Part shown: positions 54,787 to 64,000 of the stretch, in pieces
Layout of the letters: each line of letters opens with the position of its first letter
Position numbering within the stretch: position 1 is the stretch's first letter
Origin: the human T2T-CHM13v2.0 reference genome, Homo sapiens
Length of the DNA: 64,000 bases
NCBI RefSeq assembly: GCF_009914755.1
Contig: NC_060944.1
Reading direction: 5' to 3' (one strand)
Program-made: the position numbers and the translations under genes
Notes under the pieces: model-generated
Database searches by the model: none
What the model was told of the DNA's origin: nothing
What the model saw: the letters and a program-made list of their open reading frames with translations, nothing else

Positions 54787-56856
54787 TTTAATTTAATTAT
54801 GCAGGAGTGGCAGCAGAATGCAAACCATCCAGGGAATTATTCTGGTAGTGCCTGATGGATTTAAATAATACCAAGAGAAAGACTGCAGAGGGTATCCTGA
54901 GATTTGCATGACATCCTGACCAGGGTTGATAAGAAGAGCTAAATGGATAAGTTTCTTCTGGAAGGAGATATCATGGATGTGGTATGGGTAGAAAAAGTAC
55001 AAGATGCAGCATCAGAGGATTCGAATGTGCCTTCTGGCTTTGACATTCAGTGGCTTTGTGACCTAGGGCACTGCTTCTTAGACATTAACATGGGTACATA
55101 TCACCTGGGGGGTTTGTTAAATGCAGATTCTGATTCAGTAGGTGTGGGTGGGGCCTAAGGCTGCCCACCCTGGTCATCTTGCACCTGGCTGTGAGAAATA
55201 GAGAACCTGGCAAGGCTCCTAACCCACGTAAGTCTCAGTTTCTTCTTTAATAACACGGGGTTTAGAATGATGCCAACCTTCCAGGGTTATTGGGACTCAT
55301 GGCACTGGTAAGAGTTCCTGGCACAGGCACTGGCATGGAGAAGACAAGTATTGGATATTGGCTTTGGGATCCCAGAATCTTAGTGATTAGTGATGGAAAA
55401 CATCTGAGGAAGGACCTAGTTTTAACCCCTCATTTCACAGGTGAAGAAAGCAAGGTGTGTGTATGGGCTCAGTAAGACATGACAACTGTGCCTGCTCTTT
55501 GAGTCTAAATAGAGGTCCAGTGGACAGAGGTGTCTGGTTTGTATTTATGGTGGGTGTGACTTGAGTCTCTGGCAACATCTGACCTATGATTTGATATAAA
55601 ATGAATCATTGTTGCAAATGTTTCACTTCCCTGCTCTTTCTCCACCCCCCTTTATTTATTTATTTATTTTAATAAACGAAGGCAGTCCTATGACAGGCCA
55701 TGCTAATATCTTTTATTCCAAACAGAATGGGCTAGGAGTCAGTGATTTCATGCATATGGAGCTAAAAGTGTTTGCTTTTCCCTGATGTCTCCCTTCCCAC
55801 CCCTCCTGACTCTGAGCTTTCACAATCCTTTCCTCAGCTCTTAAGAATGCTAGGCAGGCTAGCTGTCATCCTCAATCAAATAACATGATCAGTAAACACT
55901 ATAAAATTATACCTTTCTGCTTTGCAGTAGTGGAGAAGGTACTAATGATGCAATGAAAGCTAATTAAAAACTCATAAATCTCACAGTCTTTTGAGTTTGG
56001 TGAGTGGCTAAGAAGAAAGGGTTGATTCCACAGCCTGCTTACTAAGAACTCAATGGTCCTTATTAGGAAGTAGCTCTCACTGTCTGCTTCTCTTTACTGA
56101 GACTTGTACAGTTGTTGAAAGAACTGCCACATGGCTCAGCTTTGAAGAGGGCCATGCTTACTAGGTTTCCCAGTTTTTAGTCTTGTATTTGCTATAACTC
56201 ACTGTCAGCTGTCAGAGCCAGTTGTCTATGAGTATGATGCTAATGATGTTGGAGGCTTCACCCCAGACATGTGTGTAGGACTCCATACAAAAAGACAGTT
56301 TATTCTCTGACCTAAGACCGCACAGCTCATGATGGCCTAATTTCCTTGAACATAAGGAGGTCCAGGAGAGAGAGCAGATGGCTGGCTTGATGGACCCTGA
56401 AACCTCTGCTGGGCAGAAAGAAGACCCATGTGCTGGGAAACATGGGTCAGTTACCTCATCATAGTTTATAAAGGGTAGCCCACAGCAGTAGATGAAGGGA
56501 AATAGGGAGATGGTGTGTTCTTCAAGGGATGGCAGAGGGAGATATATGGGTTTAGGGCAAGCCATAGGATTGAATAATAGAGATGGCTGGGGATAATGGG
56601 ACCCCAAACCTGAATATGAATAGTAGTATCTTCACTTCCTGGTTATTGTTTCAGGAGGGCAATTACTAACTTTACCTGGTCTGAAGTCCTACCTGACCAA
56701 TATATAGATCTTAAGGCACCATCTGAGGACTTCTAGACTCTGAGGGTCCTAAGCATATGACTGCTGGTGAGTGATAAAAATGTAGGAAGTCAGTAAGTCT
56801 GACTGTAGAGGCCCCATTGCTTTGTAGAAACAATGATTAGCAACCAGCAGAGTGGA

Positions 56857-57485
56857 TGTGGAAGATTGCAAAAATGGCCCGAATTATTCACCCTTCCTGT
56901 TTGTTCTCCCATCTCTTGAATCTGAGCTGGCCTTATGAGTTGCTTTGGCCAAAAGTCTAGTGAAAGTGATAGTGTGACATGTCTAAGCCAAGGATACAAG
57001 AAGCCTTGAACACTTCCACTTGTTCTCTGGGACTCCTGTGACCATCATGTAAACTTCCTGCAGGAAGATGAATCATGGAGAATAGCCATCCCAGTTAAGT
57101 CCATCATAGACTACTCAGGCCCCAGTAGGTCTATCCTGCAATGGGGCAGATATGTGAGCAAGTCCCGTGAAGATCAGTTTAGCCCATCCAAGAGCAGAGG
57201 AACTCATATATTTGTGAACTAAATAAATTCTTGGTTTTTCTTTCAACATTTCTTAATGAGAAATTTCAAACATACAGAAAAATTAAAAGAATTGTAGAGT
57301 GAACAACCATATACCTAATATTTTACTGTTTATTTTTTTAAATCACATATCCATCCATCCACCACCATCCTTCCTTTCATCTATCAATCCATTTCCTTTT
57401 TTCATGGTGATTATTGTTTTAAGCTACTAAATTTGGGGATGATTTGTTATACAAGAATTATTTTTGGTAGTAGGTAACTGATACC
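56857..57485 (+). mobile_element. MaLR MLT1G/H-like LTR interrupted by an L1MC-like fragment (about 57240-57400)
   Basis: attgcaaaaatggcc...cttgaatctgagctggcc...ttgctttggccaa; end ggtaactgatac. Confidence 0.65.
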
Positions 57486-58035
57486 AATGACATAATATAA
57501 AAGAAAGCTTATTTTGGGAAATAAGTGAAGATTCCAAGAATGAAGTGGCTGATTTGGGCTTCTTTGCATAACAGTGTTTTCTTACTAAAGGGTACTGATG
57601 AGATCTACTTTTCTGGGAGGAAGAATTTTGACCAGAAGTTGTGAAATGGCTCAGGGTTTATCTGCAAGCAGAGGACCCTTACCAGACTATATTACTTCCC
57701 TGTGCTTTGTGACTCCCCAGCAGGTAGGAATGCTCATGACTTTTTGACTGGAAGAGTAGATACTTAGAAAGCAGCTGTCCATGGGGATGAGGGGGAGGAA
57801 TGTCCCTTACGTATGCATTCACTTCCATGGCTTCTAAGTGCTTCACACAGGTATATGCTCATTTTTACATCAGTCTCATGAGGAAAATGTCTTATAGATT
57901 TGGAAATCAGATCTCAGAGAGGTTTTTCATCTGCCCAATGTCAGTTTAAGGTCGATCTAAGACTCAAACCCAGGCTTGTACATTTTACATTCCAATGCTC
58001 TTTCCATACTAAACTCTCCTTTTTCGTTGTCATAC

Positions 58036-58082
58036 AAAAAAAAAAAAAAAAGAAGAAGAAGAAGAAGAAGAAGAAGAAGAAG
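58036..58082 (+). repeat. A16 followed by (GAA)10
   Basis: Directly visible. Confidence 0.95.
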
Positions 58083-58399
58083 CATGGCAAGTGAAATTCG
58101 GAATAAGAAAGATGAAAAAAGAGAAAAGAGGCATTGGGGATACATGCCAAGTGATCGATTTATTCTAAACTTGTTCCTGTCAAGAAATATTTATCTCAGC
58201 TATTTCCAAATGTCTGGCACTGTGCTGGGTTTGTTGACTGGCATGAGTTGTGGAAACCAGCTTTGTCCTGAGAAACTTGCTGTCGAAGTTGATGTGAAAA
58301 GACACAGGGCAAATGACTCTGGTATTGGCATCTCAGACTCCCAGCTCACCTCTGATTTCAGCCCACATGAGGGGGACAGTTCCATGAACTAAAGGCTCA

Positions 58400-58830
58400 A
58401 CTCCAGCTGTCAGCTTCTCATTTCAAGGGTATGCTGAGTGGCTTTCTCTTTTCTGTCCCAGGGCTTTCTGCCAAGCCATGGCAACTTGAGCTCATTTGGC
58501 TTTTAAGTGCCACTCAGAAGACCTGTGGAATCAATACCCTAGGAGGTGATGCTCAACCAGTGAGGGATGAGATCTGGTGAGTAGATACTCCGGCGGCCTA
58601 CCTTTTACTCTGACAATTCTGGGAGGTATTTGCCTGCTTCTTAGTGTATCTCATAGAACTGAGCCTTGGTGTCTACAGCAGCAACCTTGATAATGCATTC
58701 TTGTGTTAGCTTTTCCTCCCTCCCTATCTCATTCTCTCTGTTCTCTGTCTCCTGATTCCAAGGCCTTTTCCCCAAAAAGCCAACTAAGTTCACATCTTGT
58801 TTCAGGTTCTGCTTTCCCACAGCTAAGACA
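58400..58830 (+). mobile_element. ERVL LTR33-like LTR
   Basis: gctcaaccagtgagggatg...gacaattctgggagg...ttagcttttcctccctccct...gctaagaca. Confidence 0.65.
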
Positions 58831-60698
58831 GAAAAAACAAAACATATTCTTACAAATAAAATCATGAATAATATGGTAATACAATATTATGAGACAGTAG
58901 GACATGAAGGACAGATACATATGTATACACACCATATATAACAGCTAATACAGGGATTTAAGAAACAAGAAAACGCTAAAAACACTGGGGTCGCTGGAGT
59001 CAAGCCTTTAAGTGAGAATATGATTTCAATACATTGTTAAACGGAATTCTGGGCATGGGAATCTGTGGGAGGGAATTTTTCTGGGATTCTTACAAACCTC
59101 TGTTTTTTTATGCTTTACTAAATGTCAGCCATTAACAGTGCTGAAGTATCTAGTGGAAACTTTAATCACCAAGTGCCCACCATGAAATAATGACTCGCTG
59201 ACTGCCAATGCTATGTGAAACCCAAGTTGTTTTCATTTTTTTCTATCTTTGATTGTGACACAATTTTATTAGGGTTGACCCCTTATATTTTAGAAATGAT
59301 CATATAGCTCCATTCCACGGTAGGATATTTAGGAGCACATTCAATGCCAAAATTACTAAATTATATAGAGTCCTAGGGACAAGTGGGTTGGGAAAGCCAG
59401 GGCTGGGTTGTGATCGAACTTGTCGCTCAAAGAGAAGTGCAAATGCCATGTGGCTTTTAAATTAAAACCAGATGGCAAACAGTATTTGGTAGGTCTTGGT
59501 TCTTCCCCAGTTGTCTAATGCTCAGAAGTCTGAAGATAAGTGGAGATATTTTTGCCACAGTGAAATTCTGGCATTTGTAGCCACTTGCCTTGATTTCCAT
59601 CATGAAAGGCTCGTTTTGAAGCATGACTCACAGAGGAGGCCGTGAGGAAAAGCTCCAATGAGAGGGTGGTCCCCTTGGGTCAGCGATTAGGCTAGAGAAA
59701 GGGCAGGGTGGGGCGATTTGGGCTGCAGCTTCCTATATAGTGCTGGATATTGTTTTAAGCAGACAGCCTTATTTTGTAGGACTAATTTCTCTCTTGCTCT
59801 TCATCAGCCCAGTGCTTGAAAGGCAAGGGAGTCACAGAGGAAAAGAAAGAGGAAATTCATAAGGGAAAGAAAATATCTGCATATCACAGAAAGCATAAAC
59901 AAAATGTAAAACTTTAATAATAGGCACCCATAGGCAGATGAAAGCAGATGAAGTGAAATCTCCTCCACCACCTCCCAAGTTACCACATCTGCACAACTAT
60001 CTGTTGAAAACACTTTAAAAGCTCCAAACATTAACTATTTTGTTGTTTTCAAAGTTTATAACCTTTTCCCCTTTTGCTCAGCTGTGTTCTAATGACTTTT
60101 TTTTTTCTGTTAAAGAGCATTGGTTTATGAGAACAGGATGTTTGTATTAAATATTAAATCCTCAAGGCTTCCTTCAGCTGAAGGTCCCAGCTTGGCTTCA
60201 GTTTTGATTGAAATAGACAAACCTATGTTCCTACAGAACTACAGAGAGTACAAAGAGTTTGTCAAATCTTGATAGTGGAACCCGGCATTGGGCCAAGAAC
60301 AGGATAATTGGTTAAAGTCTGCATAGTTCTTTGAAGATGCAAAGTACTGTGTAATTCTAAGTCATATTGAAAGTTGAGCCAGCCCTTGAGGGCCTGATTC
60401 TAGGGGACAGCAGACTATACACCTCCCCGATGGTCTTTTGAGGAGCAAAGTTATTGTCTCGTGTAGATGAACTGGACTCTTCATGGGAGCCATCTGGGTT
60501 CTAGAAATTGGCCTCCAGCTCTGGGGTATCTAATCTTACTCCTTCTTGGAGACTTAATTACAGGCTCAGTGTCATCTTTGGCTTTCAGGGCTCTGCAATG
60601 TCCTGGAAGGTATCCTATAGTTCACATGAAAACATTCTGGGTGTAAGAGGTAGAACTCTGAGAAAACAGTCAAATATTATATATCTTAGGATTTCCAA

Positions 60699-63600
60699 CT
60701 AGTCTCTGATAAAACAGACTTCAAACCAACAAAGATAAAAAAAAAAAAAGACAAAGAAGGGCATTACATAATGGTAAAGGGATCAATGCAACAAGAAGAG
60801 CTAACTATCCTAAATGTATATGCACCCAATACAGGAGCACTCAGATTCATAAAGCAAGTTCTTAGAGATGTACAAAGAGACTTAGACTCTCACACAATAA
60901 GAGTGGTATACTTTAACACACCACTGTCAGTATTAGACAGATCAATGCGACAGATAATTAATAAGGATATTCAGGACTTGAACTCAGCTCTGGACCAAGT
61001 GGACCTAGTAGACATCTACAGAACTGTCCACTCCAAATCAACAGAATATACATTCTTCTCAATACCACATCACACTTACTATAAAATTGACCACATAATC
61101 CAAAGTAAAACACTCCTCAGCAAATGCAAAGGAGCAGAAATTATAACAAACACTCTCTTAGACCACAGTGCCATCAAATTAGAATTCAGGATTAAGAAAC
61201 TCACTCAAAACTGCACAACTACATGAAAACTGAACAGCCTGCTCCTGAATGACTAGTGAGTAAATAACAAAACTAAGGCAGAAATAAGTAAGTTCTTTGA
61301 AACCCGTGAGAACAAAGATACAACGTACCAGAATCTCTGGGACACAGGTAAAGCAGTATTCAGAGGGAAATTTATGGCACTAAATGCCCACATGAGAAAG
61401 TGGGAAAGATCTGAAACCAACACCCTAAGATCACAATGAAAAGAACTAGAGAAGCAAGACCAAACAAATTCAAAAGCAAGCAGAAGACATGAAATAACTA
61501 ATATCAGAGCAGAACTGAAGGAGATAGAGACACGAAAAACCCTTCAAAAATCAATAAGTCCAGGAGCTGGCTTTTTTGAAAAGATTAACAAAATAGATAG
61601 ACTGCTAGCCAGACTAATAAAGAAGAAAAGAGAGAAGAATCAAATAGACACAATAAAAAATGATAAAGGGGATATCACCACTGATTCCACAGAAATACAA
61701 ACTACCATCGGAGAATAGTATAAACACCTGTATGCAAATAAACTAGAAGACCTAGAAGAAATGAATACATTCCGGGATACATACACCCTCCAAAGACTAA
61801 ACCAGGAAGAATTCGAATCCCTGAATAGACCAATAGCAAGTTCTGAAATTGAGGCAGTAATTAATAGCCTACCAACCAAAAAAAAAGCCCAGGACCAGAC
61901 AGCTTCACAGCCAAATTCTACCAAAGGTACAAAAAGGAGCTGGTTCCATTCCTTCTGAAACTATTCCAAACAATAGAAAAAGAGAGAATCCTCCCTAACT
62001 CATTTTATGAGGCCAGCATCATCCTGATACCAAAACCTGGCAAAGACACAACACAAAAAGAAAATTTCTTTTTCCAATATTCCTGATGAACATCTATGTG
62101 AAAATCCTCAATAAAATACTCGCAAACCGAATCCAGCAGAACATCAAAAAGCTTATCCACCATGATCAAGTTAGGTTCATCCCTGAAACCCAAGGCTAGT
62201 TCAATATACATAAATCAAGAAACATAATCCATTACATAAGCAGAACCAATGACAAAAACCACATGGTTATCTCAGCAGATGCAGAAAAGGCCTTCGATAA
62301 AATTCAACATCCACTCATGCTAAAAACACTCAATAAACTAGGTATTGATGGAACATATCTCAAAATAATTAGAGCTACTTATGACAAACCCACAGCCATT
62401 ATCGTATGGAATAGGCAAAAACTGGAAGCATTCCCTTTGAAAACCGGCACAAGACAAGGATGCCCTCTCTCACCACTCCTAAGTCCTGGCCAGGGCAATC
62501 AGGCAAGAGAAAGAAATAAAGAGTATTCAAATAGGAAGAGAGGAAGTCAAATTGTCTCTTTTTGCAGATGACATGATTGTATATTTAGAAAACCCTATCA
62601 TGTCAGCCCAAAAGCTCCTTAAGTCGATAAGCAGCTTAAGCAAAGTGTTAGGATACAAAATCAATGTGCAAAAATCACAAGCCTTCCTATACACCAATAA
62701 TAGACAAACAGAGAGCCAAATCATGAGTGAAGTCCCATTCACAATTGCTACAAAGAGAATAAAATACCTAGGAATACAACTCACAAGAGATGTGAAGGAC
62801 CTATTTAAGGAGAACTACAAACCACTGCTCGAGGAAATAAGAGAGGACACAAACAAATGGAAAAACATTTCATGCTCATGGATAGGAAGAATCAATATCA
62901 TGAAAATGGTCATACTGCCCAAAGTAACTTATAGATTCAATGCAATTCCCATCAAGCTACCATTGACTTTCTTCACAGAATTAGAAAAACGACTTTAAAT
63001 TTCATATGGAATCAAAAAAGAGCCCGTGTATCCAAGACAATCCTAAGCAAAAAGAACAAAGCTGGAGGCATCACTCTACCTGACTTCAAATTATACTACA
63101 AGGCTACAGTAACCAAAACAGCATAGTACTGGTACCAAAATAGATATATAGACCAATGGAACGGAACAGAAGCCTCAGAAATAACACCACACATCTACGC
63201 CCATCTGATCTTTGATGAATCTGACAGACACAAGCAATGGAGGAAGGATTCCCTATTTAATAAATGGTGTTGGGAAAACTGGCTAGCCATATGCAGAAAA
63301 CTGAAACTGGACCCCTTCCTTATACCTTATACAAAAATTAACTCAAGATAAATTAAAGACTTAAACATAAGACCCAAAACCATAAAAACCCTAGAAGAAA
63401 GCCTAGGCAATACCATAAAGGACATAGGCATGAGCAAAGCCTTCATGACTATAACACCAAAAGCAATTGCAACAAAAGCCAGAATTGACAAATGGGATCT
63501 AATTAAACTAAAGAGCTTCTACACAGCAAAAGAAACTATCATCAGAGTGAACAGACAACCTACAGAATGGGAGAAAGCTTTTGCAATCTATCCATCTGAC

Positions 63601-64000
63601 AAGGGGCTAATATCCAGAATCTACAAGGAATTTAAACAAATTTACAAGAAAAAAAAAAAGCAACCCCATCAAAAAGTGGGTGAAGGATATGAACAGACAC
63701 TTCTCAAAAGAAGACATTTATGTGGCCAACAACATATGAAAAAAGCTCATCATCACTGGTTCTTAGAGAAATGTAAATTTCTCTATCACAATGAGATACC
63801 ATCTCATGCCACTTAGAATGGTGATCATTAAAAAGTCAGGAAACAGATGCTGGAGAGGAGGTGGAGAAATAGGAACACTTTTACACTGTTGGTGGGATTG
63901 TAAATCAGTTCAACCATTGTGGAAGAGAGTGTGGCAATTCCTCAAGGATCCAGAACTAGAAATACCATTTGACCCAGCAATCCCATTACTGGGTATATAT
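60699..64000 (+). mobile_element. 5'-truncated L1PA7/L1PA8-like element, defective ORF2 (partial EN, RT, C-terminus), running off the window end
   Basis: ORF fragments NVYAPN, FNTPLS..D, KIDH, DHSAI (EN), [17 protein letters not shown] and FADD (RT, 62561-62572); multiple stops and frameshifts. Confidence 0.95.

Noticed and set aside
57900-58392. Poly-Lys/poly-Arg/poly-Phe ORFs
   Set aside because: They arise from the A16(GAA)10 repeat.
60771-63816. Endonuclease/reverse-transcriptase ORFs as an active or novel RT system
   Set aside because: These are standard L1 ORF2p fragments: 5'-truncated, with multiple stops, frameshifts and a deletion near 62480.

Overview
Primate (very probably human) intergenic or intronic DNA, densely populated by interspersed repeats: Alu J/S and FAM, L1PA/L1PB/L1M, L2, MIR, MaLR and ERVL LTRs, MER2/MER5/MER94 DNA transposons, and microsatellites. 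No intact protein-coding gene, RNA gene or CRISPR array is supported. Almost all listed ORFs are chance ORFs or decayed L1/Alu frames. The outstanding structure is a minus-strand composite retro-insertion at about 17800-20433. Read 5'->3' it is a full-length AluS with its A-tail, then a ~509-bp internal fragment of FAT1 cadherin coding sequence (one nonsense codon, no poly(A) of its own), then the 3' ~1.8 kb of an L1PA7/8-like element. One candidate TSD (TTCATTTT) brackets all three parts. This suggests a template-switch mRNA-L1 chimera, possibly tripartite. Other observations: a 150-bp tandem duplication, three apparent twin-priming L1 inversions, an inverted pair of closely related L1PA copies, candidate minus-strand lncRNA splice signals, an A16(GAA)10 tract and several candidate regulatory elements. 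Repeat subfamily names and boundaries come from recognising consensus sequences by eye and are approximate.
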